Shown here: piece after piece, positions 46,739-55,891 of the stretch
Numbering within the stretch: position 1 is the first letter of the stretch
Layout: the number at the start of each line of letters is the position of its first letter
Sequence record: PV112478.1
DNA: 64,000 nucleotides
Strand: one strand, 5' to 3'
Notes under the pieces: model-generated
What the model saw: only the letters and a program-made list of their open reading frames with translations
The model's database searches: none
Told to the model about the DNA's origin: nothing
Position numbers and translations under genes: made by a program

Positions 46739-47285
46739 AATCGTCCGGTTGACTCAGTGAAGAGGGAGTTACAGGAGCAGCGTTCCCTTTACCTGTCGTT
46801 ATTGTCGTTTGGCCAGGATAAGGGTAACCACAGTACATCCTGATTTCGTGGAGGTGACGTTGCCACATTTCTTTATCGGCTGTTTCAAGCGCGAGTGAGG
46901 AGTAGATCTTCTCGCTCATGGCTTCGCCCTGTTTACGCATCCGATTCATAACCGTTTTTATCTCCATCCCGATGGAAAATAACGAATTATGTTCGCCGGT
47001 GTAACGAGGTTGGAAATCGCCGAGAATAGGCGGGAAAACCCATTTAATCGTTCTATCCTCATCGAAGAGGAAAACCGGTTTATTCCGCCCAAACGCAATC
47101 AGGCGCTCCCATTCCTCTAACGCTTGTGTTTGGACAGCGGGTTCGGTGTTAAAGAAACGCGGCGCCCAATTGGCTGCAAAATACCGCATACTGAGCTTAC
47201 TGATCATCTCTGCGGAATATTGCATAACGTCGCTCAGATCGCGTTCCAAGTCTTCTCGTGTTAATTTAGGCGTTGCATCAGTCAT
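46728..47285 (-). CDS. Conserved hypothetical protein
   Basis: 185-aa ORF, coupled overlaps. Confidence 0.7.
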   Translation of the reverse strand: MTDATPKLTREDLERDLSDVMQYSAEMISKLSMRYFAANWAPRFFNTEPAVQTQALEEWERLIAFGRNKPVFLFDEDRTIKWVFPPILGDFQPRYTGEHNSLFSIGMEIKTVMNRMRKQGEAMSEKIYSSLALETADKEMWQRHLHEIRMYCGYPYPGQTTITTGKGNAAPVTPSSLSQPDDYDF

Positions 47286-47676
47286 TGTTTAAAACCCCCA
47301 AAACATTTTTAATCACACCGTTGTAATACTCAATGATTCGTGAGAAGTCGTAACTTTTCCCTTCTCGCGTAAAACGCACTTTGAAGATTACACCGAAGGT
47401 ATCTTTTGTCTCGTCGATTTCAGGCGTAACCAGGACTTTTACGTCGGAAAAATGCGTACTGAATAAAGTAGTGTATTGTTCCGTCATTTCCGTACAAAGG
47501 CTATTCGGGTCATCCGAGTACCTTTGTATCATCATGTCAAGGGAAATGATTTGACCGTGATACAGTTCAGACTGACTGTCCTTTGCCCAAATAGAGGAAG
47601 CGAATAATTCATCGGCAATCACAAAAGGATTTTTCGTATAACCGTGACCGTTTAAACTGGGGTGTACAGTGGCCAT
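47278..47676 (-). CDS. Conserved hypothetical protein
   Basis: 132-aa ORF, AGGAG RBS. Confidence 0.7.
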   Translation of the reverse strand: MATVHPSLNGHGYTKNPFVIADELFASSIWAKDSQSELYHGQIISLDMMIQRYSDDPNSLCTEMTEQYTTLFSTHFSDVKVLVTPEIDETKDTFGVIFKVRFTREGKSYDFSRIIEYYNGVIKNVLGVLNND

Positions 47677-47730
47677 TTTTTACTCCTAGTTATTAAGTTT
47701 GGTCTACAGAAATACAGAACAGAAACAAAA

Positions 47731-47754
47731 AAGAAAGGGGCGAACCCCTTTCTT
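47731..47754 (-). terminator. UUCG-loop terminator
   Basis: AAGAAAGGGG-CGAA-CCCCTTTCTT with T run on the minus strand. Confidence 0.7.
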
Positions 47755-47762
47755 TTATTATT

Positions 47763-48383
47763 TTACAGTTTCTCACCTAACGGACTGAAGGGGTCAATGC
47801 CTTCATCAATCGCGTTATTGATCACGTCAAAGGTCGCGCAAAGCTCCATCTGCTGTTCCAACGTCAGATGTTCTTCGCCCTCAACATCACAAGCGCCATA
47901 GGTGTATTCCACCCACCACTCCCCTTTACTGTTTTTCTCTGCGACTCCATTGCGAATCGCTTTCCAGTAAGGGTCGTTTTCCGGCGTAGTCTCAAACACA
48001 AAGGCGTCGCGTTTAGAACCCCAGCCGTGCGTACTCTGGCGATCCCAAAGTGAACGGGTTCTCGGACTACTGAGTAACCAACGTCGCATCTTCAACGGTG
48101 CACTGGCCACTTCCTCAGGACTGTCCAAGAACTGAATGATGTTATCACGATAGAGACCGCGTTTACTGCTGTTCAAACGCTTGAGCTGACTTCTGACTGT
48201 GTCATCATAAAGCGATGAAATCATTGTCTTCGCCGAGTTAAGCATTCCTTTCGCCCGGTCAGACAGATTGGAACTAAAACGCTCCAGTCTATCGTAAGAG
48301 CGCTGAATGTCCTCACGATCGGGAAGACCGAAGGCCGCTGCCCTAAAAACAGACTCACCGCCATCGATAATTGCAATTTTCAA
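47763..48383 (-). CDS. Conserved hypothetical protein
   Basis: 206-aa ORF with TTG start overlapping the upstream TGA. Confidence 0.7.
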   Translation of the reverse strand: MKIAIIDGGESVFRAAAFGLPDREDIQRSYDRLERFSSNLSDRAKGMLNSAKTMISSLYDDTVRSQLKRLNSSKRGLYRDNIIQFLDSPEEVASAPLKMRRWLLSSPRTRSLWDRQSTHGWGSKRDAFVFETTPENDPYWKAIRNGVAEKNSKGEWWVEYTYGACDVEGEEHLTLEQQMELCATFDVINNAIDEGIDPFSPLGEKL

Positions 48384-49834
48384 AAGTGTCTCCCGTATAA
48401 GAAATTGTTGATTGTGGAACGCACAGGTTTCCCAATCTCCATGTTGCTATTCAAACTCAGAGGTTTATTGAGATCGAAAGTCCCCGTGTGCGGAGAAAGC
48501 TTCCGTATAGCAATAAAGTCCTCACGTGAAAGAATAGGCATTCCCGCGAGCTGGTCCCCATCGAAATCGCAGTTGGGGGCTCGGAGCACGAGTAAGCTTA
48601 GGCCGATGGTATTGTCGTGAGGGTCTGTCTTGAAGCGTGTAACGAACAGAGACTGTACTGAACGCAGGTTTAAGGTCGGGTTACGACCCAAGATCTGCGG
48701 TAAGCCACGTTTACCCTGAAGCGTTTCGTAAGGAGAACGATCAATCAGACGATTGAGAAGATCGTGCATGTACGGGTCGTATTGCCCTACACAATCCAAA
48801 ATGAACCGCTCACTCTGCGCCAAGGTTAATCCGTCACGCATTAACATCCCAAGAAGATGCGTGTGATACAAGGTTATACCCATACCCCAAGGCATGTGCA
48901 TTTCTTCGTAGTCATGTGCACCGGACAACGAACTCACCACGCCACGATAAGTCGGCCCTGTACGGGAACCGAAGATTTGTTTACGATACCAACCAGGTTT
49001 CGAACCCAAAACATTCTTATCGACAAACTCACGATACGCAATCAGCATTGTTAATGCTTTAAACGTATTATGCTCACGGGTGTTTTGATAACGGGGTTCC
49101 TCTTTCCCAACGAGCCCGTAAATGGCCCTTGCTGCGTCAACCACATTGACATAGCCCTCCGCGCAAAAGCGCGTTTTGTTTGAGAGTTCTGTAATGATAC
49201 TACGCCGACTGGGTAACGGGATATATTGCGAAAAGAGGAGATGACGATTGTTGCGCATGAAGTCATAAACTTCGGTTCGCTTCTGGTCGGGTTTGAAGAC
49301 AGGGGCCGTCATCAATAATTCCAGAATTTCGTCGAAGTGATCAATGAAGTGGTTATACCCTCTTGGTATCCCTAACTTCTTGAATCGTTCATAGACTATG
49401 CTGTTGCGATTCTTAGGCTCATACCGCGTATTACAGAGCCATTCTATCGCACTAAAATCGTCTTGCTTAAAAGCCCGCATTAACATATCGAGCGCATTAA
49501 CGCGTATAAAGGCTCTAACGCCATGAGGGACTTTCATCCAAACACTGGACTCAAAACCTCGGTCAATCGGTGACATCACTTCAGTGTCACAATACGGACA
49601 CACGGTATTGGCGGTGCCAGGTTTGGTTGAGGTATTATAACGACCAGTGGTCATCCCACATTCACACGAGGGTAACGTATCGATCACGTCGCCTTCATAC
49701 TCTGTCATGGTTAATTCACGGACAGGGTCAATGAGTTCATATTCGTCGGAACGAATTTCATTGAGAATAATAGGAGGACGTTTGAGCCGTTGTATGTCTT
49801 TGTCGTAGTCAGGTAACGCGTAATAAATGCCCAT
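48380..49834 (-). CDS. rpoC: Non-virion RNAP beta-prime N/M subunit with catalytic loop (gp55-56.1-like), uninterrupted
   Basis: CECG...CPYC Zn site, GRNPTL and NCDFDGDQ. Confidence 0.92.
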   Translation of the reverse strand: MGIYYALPDYDKDIQRLKRPPIILNEIRSDEYELIDPVRELTMTEYEGDVIDTLPSCECGMTTGRYNTSTKPGTANTVCPYCDTEVMSPIDRGFESSVWMKVPHGVRAFIRVNALDMLMRAFKQDDFSAIEWLCNTRYEPKNRNSIVYERFKKLGIPRGYNHFIDHFDEILELLMTAPVFKPDQKRTEVYDFMRNNRHLLFSQYIPLPSRRSIITELSNKTRFCAEGYVNVVDAARAIYGLVGKEEPRYQNTREHNTFKALTMLIAYREFVDKNVLGSKPGWYRKQIFGSRTGPTYRGVVSSLSGAHDYEEMHMPWGMGITLYHTHLLGMLMRDGLTLAQSERFILDCVGQYDPYMHDLLNRLIDRSPYETLQGKRGLPQILGRNPTLNLRSVQSLFVTRFKTDPHDNTIGLSLLVLRAPNCDFDGDQLAGMPILSREDFIAIRKLSPHTGTFDLNKPLSLNSNMEIGKPVRSTINNFLYGRHF

Positions 49835-49870
49835 GATTCCCCTCTAAGCATTAAAAGTCAAGACAAAAAA

Positions 49871-49892
49871 AGAAAGGACCGAAGTCCTTTCT
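49871..49892 (-). terminator. UUCG-loop terminator after chimallin
   Basis: AGAAAGGAC-CGAA-GTCCTTTCT. Confidence 0.72.
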
Positions 49893-49917
49893 TTTTAGAG
49901 TATTACCAAACTACGAA

Positions 49918-51819
49918 TTAACGACCGCCGAAACCGTAAGAAGAACGGGCACGAGAACGGAAACCTGCACCGTCGTAGCCGTTGGATTCGTAACGAGAAG
50001 TATAACCACGACGGCTGGTACGGCCATCCTGAGTAATACCATCAGCGGTAACCACCATGCCTGCTGCAGACAGTGCGCGGGTCAGGCCGAACAGCCAGTT
50101 GGCGTTCACTTCGATGACGTCTGCACGGTCGGTGATCTGATACTGACCGCCGGTGTAGTCTTCGATGATTTTTTCCATCTGGTCCATACGGACTTGCAGA
50201 TCGATCGAATCGTCGTTCAGGCAACGATCGTAATCAGCAACCACCTGCGGAGATTTCAGACCGAAGTTGGTCAGAATTTCGTAGTAACCGATTTCACGCA
50301 GGTCACGTTTATGACCCTGTTCGTCGATCCAAGTGCCCAGCAGTTGCGGCATGTCGCGGATGATACCCACGTCGTACAGATCTGAGGTGTTCATGATGGT
50401 AGAGAAACGATCGCCGGAGATGTTGTCGGCGGCTTCGATCAGCACGTCAACAGCTTCTTTACGGTTCGGGTTCGTTTCGTCGCACGCATCAACCAGCAGC
50501 TGCAGCAGCGGGGTGTTGATGGAAGAACGCGGGATCTGGATCTGAACGATCTGGCTGTTCTCACGAACAACGTTAGCCACCAGGCCGGCCCATTCGTCGT
50601 CGTTCAGAACTTCCGGGAGTTTTTCAAACTCGCCTTTCAGTTCGTAGGTCAGAGCTTCAGCGGTACGCAGCGCGCCTTTGGTGTTCAGCGGACGCAGACC
50701 CTGAATCAGAGCCGGTTCAGTCATCAGTGCAGATACCTGTGCCAGAGAGAACATCAGGTATTCAGGAATCGCCACGCATTTCAGATCGCTGATCACCAGA
50801 GCGATACCGTAGATACGGGTATCGAAGTCTTCCGCTTTCTTTTTGCGCAGTGCAAAGAAACTGTTGGACTGCTCTTCTTCGCCTTTGTAATACAGGTCGA
50901 CGTGGGAGATCAGACCGGCCAGCTGAGTGGACTCACGCTCGGACAATACGTTAACAATACCGCCACGACGTTCGTCACGCGGCGCCACCATCAGATCAAC
51001 AACGATATCGGCGCGATGCGGCATTTCGGTGATGTCGTCAGCAACGTCACCTTGATGGAATGCGATGTTCGCCAGCAGATCGTTATTTTTCAGGTCCAGC
51101 GCCGCAATGCTGAACTCGTTAGTGGTCAGGATCGCGTTAACGGAATAGATGATCTGGTTGATCACCGCAGAAGCGATACGCTCCAGTTCTGCGTCGGTCG
51201 GTTTGTCCAGGAAGATCGGGGACGCCGCCAGATGCTGAACCTGGCCGGTGAATGCCGGGTTGGACAGGGCAATCAGATCGTCCAGGGACTCTTTATAGCC
51301 GATCGCTTCGTACTGGTCGTTAGCGGTGGTAGTGAAACGCACGGTGTGGTCACGACCAACCTGCACGGCCTGTTTCGGCATCACGGTGTTACCCACGAAG
51401 ATCACGGTAGACGCGAAGATCATGCCGTTGTCTTTCAGACGGGCAGCGATGACCGCAGCGTCCAGTTTCATTTGGGTATCTTTGCCTGTTGCCGGCGTTA
51501 CCGTCCATTCCAGGACACCGTTCAGGCTGATCGCGGCGCTGTGCTGTTTCTGGATTTCTTTGGTCAGTTCGACGAATTTGGCTACGTCGCCTGCCGCAGA
51601 GTTCAGGGACAGTACTGGCGCATCTTTACGGAAGTTATAGGATGAAGTCACTTTTTTCTCCTGACGGGAATCATTTTCGTTGGAACGGGTGTAAAAGGAA
51701 CGGCGGCGTGCAGAGGATTCTTCCTGGCGACCTTCGTCGCGAGAAGTTTCCTGCGCACCAGTTTCTACTGCTGCTTCTTCTGCTTTGTTTTTGTTGTGAT
51801 CGTCATCACGTAAGGCCAT
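49918..51819 (-). CDS. chmA: Chimallin, major phage nuclear shell protein
   Basis: 633 aa, directly upstream of the nvRNAP beta-prime gene and near the DNA polymerase. Strongest host-optimal codon bias in the window; disordered N- and C-terminal segments; AGGAG RBS. Confidence 0.8.
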   Translation of the reverse strand: MALRDDDHNKNKAEEAAVETGAQETSRDEGRQEESSARRRSFYTRSNENDSRQEKKVTSSYNFRKDAPVLSLNSAAGDVAKFVELTKEIQKQHSAAISLNGVLEWTVTPATGKDTQMKLDAAVIAARLKDNGMIFASTVIFVGNTVMPKQAVQVGRDHTVRFTTTANDQYEAIGYKESLDDLIALSNPAFTGQVQHLAASPIFLDKPTDAELERIASAVINQIIYSVNAILTTNEFSIAALDLKNNDLLANIAFHQGDVADDITEMPHRADIVVDLMVAPRDERRGGIVNVLSERESTQLAGLISHVDLYYKGEEEQSNSFFALRKKKAEDFDTRIYGIALVISDLKCVAIPEYLMFSLAQVSALMTEPALIQGLRPLNTKGALRTAEALTYELKGEFEKLPEVLNDDEWAGLVANVVRENSQIVQIQIPRSSINTPLLQLLVDACDETNPNRKEAVDVLIEAADNISGDRFSTIMNTSDLYDVGIIRDMPQLLGTWIDEQGHKRDLREIGYYEILTNFGLKSPQVVADYDRCLNDDSIDLQVRMDQMEKIIEDYTGGQYQITDRADVIEVNANWLFGLTRALSAAGMVVTADGITQDGRTSRRGYTSRYESNGYDGAGFRSRARSSYGFGGR

Positions 51820-51890
51820 CTTTAAATCTCCTAGGAGTTAAAACAATTTTTATCGCGATTCTGAAGGTACTCATTACCTTCTTCACTATT

Positions 51891-51900
51891 GTGATATAGA
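51891..51900 (-). promoter_or_regulatory. Putative early promoter core (TCTATATCAC)
   Basis: Variant motif upstream of chmA. Confidence 0.45.
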
Positions 51901-52103
51901 TGTGAAAAAAGTTTGAAATGGGTCTTTTATAGCGATGAGATATAATAGACCTCACTCAATAGAGAGTCAATCGGGTTTCCGATTAGAACTTTCTACATAT
52001 AATAGTCATTATGCCCATTTAGGGCTAGTCCTTCGTTATGAAGGAGTTCTTTCATAATATAGCAGATGCACTTTAAAAATGATTAGTCGCTCGGAGAAAA
52101 CTA

Positions 52104-53198
52104 ATGATCTCAGCTTTCGAATTTCTAAACCATCAATCCGTGAAGACGTTTTTTCCGGGACAACTCACCTTGCTGCGCAACAATGCCGACATTAATTTAA
52201 AGAACATTAAACAACATTACCGTAATAGCATCCGTGCTGTTGAGAGTGATCATATACTGATTCAGATACTTCAACATTTACCGTCGCGGGTAGACATGAA
52301 CGATGAACAGTATTATCGATTCTGTCACTCCGCCAGTAAACTGACACACAGGGCGTTGAACCTCAATACGGAAACCGTGCTTTCTGGTAAAGCCAGTAAA
52401 CCATGGTTTTACGGTCAAGGTATGACCGAGTTCTACATCGTTGAGGAAAAAGATCTCCCTTATCGATTCGACGCAAAGAACTACTGGCAAGAACTTATTC
52501 CAGTACGCCCAATTTCGCATAATCTGACAGGGCTTTCTTTTAACGCCCGTGACGGGCAGCACTTTAGTCACTATAAAGGAAACGCTTTCCTGTCTATCGA
52601 CATCGGTCTTCTGGCAGTCCAGTATCGGCACTGGTCGCAGTTTAACGTCGGTACAGAAGCGAACCCGCATCCCGTTTCTATCAACCAATTTGTTTATCAG
52701 TACCCTTTAGTCAACATGATCGAAGAGGACATGAATTTTTGTTTCTTCAATCGTCTTCGGTTGTCGACAGGGTATATCCCGGTTAACGATGACGCCGCGC
52801 GACACGGCTTGGCAATCTACGATTTACGTCCACTGGCGGATAAAGTCTGGGAACAGTGGTTACAACGCGCCAGAAGCGCTCCACGGCGCTTCATTGACCT
52901 TCCGGCACAAATCCCCGGGTTATTTACAGAAACACTTCTTGAAGCGATTACGATCCCGGATATCTTTTTCAACCGTCAGAACCTCGGTCTTTACACATTG
53001 GCAAATTTACCGTACTTAAGTACCCTGTCCCGTCTTTCTGGTGAAACAGGGTCTAAAGACAACGGCAGTGTAAAAACTCAACTGGAACGCTGGTACGCGC
53101 GTTTTGTTAACGGAGGTTACCTGACACCGATAACGGGGATTAATCCTCAAGATACTCTACAGGTTCTGTTGGACGAAGTGCTGATTCCACTTCGTTAA
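52104..53198 (+). CDS. Conserved core protein (phiKZ gp52-like position), 3' overlap with DNA polymerase
   Basis: 364-aa ORF convergent with the pol gene, 59-nt overlap. Confidence 0.7.
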   Translation: MISAFEFLNHQSVKTFFPGQLTLLRNNADINLKNIKQHYRNSIRAVESDHILIQILQHLPSRVDMNDEQYYRFCHSASKLTHRALNLNTETVLSGKASKPWFYGQGMTEFYIVEEKDLPYRFDAKNYWQELIPVRPISHNLTGLSFNARDGQHFSHYKGNAFLSIDIGLLAVQYRHWSQFNVGTEANPHPVSINQFVYQYPLVNMIEEDMNFCFFNRLRLSTGYIPVNDDAARHGLAIYDLRPLADKVWEQWLQRARSAPRRFIDLPAQIPGLFTETLLEAITIPDIFFNRQNLGLYTLANLPYLSTLSRLSGETGSKDNGSVKTQLERWYARFVNGGYLTPITGINPQDTLQVLLDEVLIPLR

Positions 53199-55356
53199 AG
53201 TCAGAGAAAGCATCCTCACGAGAAATTTGATCAAAAACCAGTTTAGATTGGTCTTTATCAAAGAGGTAGTATTCCAGTGACTCAAGAACCAAGTAGAAAG
53301 GTGACATGGCACTGCCGATAATTTTACGAATGTTTGTCGCCTCAAGGATATCCTCTGGAATCCCGATTGACATGACAATACTTTCTGGCAGCAGGATACG
53401 GCCCAAATAAGTCTTATTCTTCGCTGCCAGGAATTGTCGCATTCGTTTCGCCATTTCCTGATCTTTCCAGTTCGCTAACCATTTCTCCGTTTTGGTTTTC
53501 GTATCGTGAATAATGCTGAACGACAACGCAGAGTATGGCGGCGGTTCAATAAGACCAAACTTCGGCGCAAAGACTTCTTGCCACAGTTCGTAGTTCAGAT
53601 ACGGCGTATTCTGTTCTTCGGTCTTCTTAGTGTACCCTTCCTCTTCTTTAACACGTGCGGCTTTAAGGTACGTGGTCTCCCCTTTACGAATCGATTCGTA
53701 AATCGTATACTCCCACCGGGCTACCCACCGTAAGTAACGGCTCAATTCCAACATTTTCCCTTCCGTAACACTGTCGACAATCTCTTCGATCATCAAGTCA
53801 AGGTCTTTACGTACCCCGGCCGGTGAGTTGGAAGCAATGAGCTCTACGCCTTTCTTCTCTCGGTCTTCGATATAGACCCCTTCTTGTACGCGTTTGTTTG
53901 CCGCATAGTGCTTAGCACGGCTGGTCAACATGAACACCGGGAAAAGGAATTCGTTCTTCATTGCCAGACGGAAGACTTCTTTCTCGTCCTGAACGCCCAT
54001 GTTTACGGTCATGGTAGCAAGGTTATGCGTGGTCGTCTGCGAGACAAGGAACGCAATCCCTTCAGCCAGAATGATGTTTTCTTTCGTTAGCAAGTCATTA
54101 TCAGAGTACCAACGAATCCAATCCTGAACCGTAAAGATAGCGGAGTCGGTATCAGACCCTACACCACTACGTCTAACTGCGTGAGGGAAGTCAGAAATCA
54201 GGAACGGGATGTTTCTTGACATCAGGAACGTATCAATGATTTCTTTATATTTGTCCAGCGTCTGGTAAATGAGCGCACAGGTGGAACCTAAACGCCAGTA
54301 ATCGGGTTTAGCAATAACTTCTTCGTGGAATGGGTTTTTATCGCCAATGATTTCCGGGAACATAACCGTGATCTGTGCGATGGTGTCTTCATCGACAAAC
54401 TTCATCCATCCTTCGTAGTCAGGTACCGGCGTTTCTGCTGGGGTGACTAAACCATGAATCAGATCCCTTACAATCGCCTCGTTGAATTGACGAATATGAT
54501 AAAGGTCGCCCATGTAAACGAACGCTGCTCGTTCGTAATCGCTACAGCCTTTCAGGAAACGTTTTAAATTGCGGTCTCCCCCTTCTGATCGCCAGTAGAG
54601 GTCAGACGAATACGACAGTACCGCTAACGTTTCTTCAACCGACGGGATATGCAAATTAAACTTCTTAACGGTATTTTCTACTTTTGCCCAATCGGTCAGT
54701 TCAAGGATACTGGTCAGGTTAGCGTAGACAACGTCAGGTCGCCAGTAGTGACGAGAGCCAGACAATAAACGGTCATTGTTGGAGTTGGCAATACCGTTGG
54801 CTATACGACAGCAACTTGTCAATACCGGGTGCGTTGAGCGGTCGTAAAGCGGTGAGTGCTCAGAACGGTGGTTACCAGAGATGGCGTTGTTCAGAATCTT
54901 TTTGTTGTTCTGATTGTTGTTGTGGAAAGTTGCCTTAATAAAGTTACCGACTTTCTTCGCTTCAAACATTTCATATTTTTCGGCGGAGCGCTTTTTCAAG
55001 TTACCTTTGATATATTCAGAGAGTAACGATAACTTTTGGTGCGGCGGTAACACGGTCGTGAACGTAGGTGCCATTAACCATTCGTTATCGAGAATGTCTT
55101 TGAGGTACTGTGAGAAAGGTACCATAATCGGTTTTTGATCCAGATTCTCATCGCGTTCCAACATGCAAAAAACAGGGTCGATCACGCCGTTATCCGGGTT
55201 TTTCAGTTCCTCGACAACAAAGTCACGACATTCTTCGAAAGGTCTTCCAGTGCTGCGTTGTATGAATAAAGCAGTTTGAATAATGTACGACTCGTGCACG
55301 CCAAGGTCTCGATGGTAATCCTTAGCGGTGCGCGTAAACGGGTTAGAAACTTTCAC
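53140..55356 (-). CDS. Split family-B DNA polymerase, catalytic half (gp50-like)
   Basis: Motif B KKILNNAISG, motif C SDTDSAIF and KKGVE; motif A absent. GTG start. Confidence 0.88.
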   Translation of the reverse strand: MKVSNPFTRTAKDYHRDLGVHESYIIQTALFIQRSTGRPFEECRDFVVEELKNPDNGVIDPVFCMLERDENLDQKPIMVPFSQYLKDILDNEWLMAPTFTTVLPPHQKLSLLSEYIKGNLKKRSAEKYEMFEAKKVGNFIKATFHNNNQNNKKILNNAISGNHRSEHSPLYDRSTHPVLTSCCRIANGIANSNNDRLLSGSRHYWRPDVVYANLTSILELTDWAKVENTVKKFNLHIPSVEETLAVLSYSSDLYWRSEGGDRNLKRFLKGCSDYERAAFVYMGDLYHIRQFNEAIVRDLIHGLVTPAETPVPDYEGWMKFVDEDTIAQITVMFPEIIGDKNPFHEEVIAKPDYWRLGSTCALIYQTLDKYKEIIDTFLMSRNIPFLISDFPHAVRRSGVGSDTDSAIFTVQDWIRWYSDNDLLTKENIILAEGIAFLVSQTTTHNLATMTVNMGVQDEKEVFRLAMKNEFLFPVFMLTSRAKHYAANKRVQEGVYIEDREKKGVELIASNSPAGVRKDLDLMIEEIVDSVTEGKMLELSRYLRWVARWEYTIYESIRKGETTYLKAARVKEEEGYTKKTEEQNTPYLNYELWQEVFAPKFGLIEPPPYSALSFSIIHDTKTKTEKWLANWKDQEMAKRMRQFLAAKNKTYLGRILLPESIVMSIGIPEDILEATNIRKIIGSAMSPFYLVLESLEYYLFDKDQSKLVFDQISREDAFSDFNEVESALRPTEPVEYLED

Positions 55357-55429
55357 GCTATCGTCCTATGTAATCGGTCTTCTACAGGAATAGTACGGTC
55401 ACTGAAAAAAGAAAAAAAGAAAAGATAAC

Positions 55430-55461
55430 CTTCTCCTGTAACCTTTCGGTTACAGGAGAAG
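55430..55461 (-). terminator. Terminator hairpin
   Basis: CTTCTCCTGTAACC-TTTC-GGTTACAGGAGAAG with long T run on the minus strand. Confidence 0.7.
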
Positions 55462-55468
55462 AGAATAG

Positions 55469-55891
55469 TTAACTGGTGACGATGGTGAAATTGTTGAAGC
55501 CTGCGCTGTTAATCGCCAGCCGGATCTTTTCAATATCGCCTGTACCAATCCCGGGAATAGTGACAAGGGCATTCACTGTCTCAACAACGTTGATCGTATC
55601 AACTTTGATCCAGGGTAATCCGATGACGCGTTCTGTGCCGTCTTCTAAGGTCAATACCAACCAGTTGTAAGAACGGGCATTGTCTTCAACGCTGCCCGAT
55701 GGCAGAAGAGGATAAACCTTCGCGTGCTCTGCTTCCGGGTCAATACCGAATTTAGCAGCACCTCTGGCCGACACGACGTCAGTCGGAACCGCGTTACGGA
55801 AAACATCCCCGTAAAGCGCAGACGGATAAACCTGAAAGGTCACCGTGGAGTTCAGTGTAAATTTACCGAGGATGAGGTCTGAAGACGCCAT
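55469..55891 (-). CDS. Conserved beta-rich hypothetical protein
   Basis: 140-aa ORF. Confidence 0.7.
   Translation of the reverse strand: MASSDLILGKFTLNSTVTFQVYPSALYGDVFRNAVPTDVVSARGAAKFGIDPEAEHAKVYPLLPSGSVEDNARSYNWLVLTLEDGTERVIGLPWIKVDTINVVETVNALVTIPGIGTGDIEKIRLAINSAGFNNFTIVTS

Noticed and set aside
50902-51899. Long antisense ORFs opposite chmA; similar ones at 20717-21499 and 43690-44484
   Set aside because: Shadow frames produced by strong codon bias of the sense genes.
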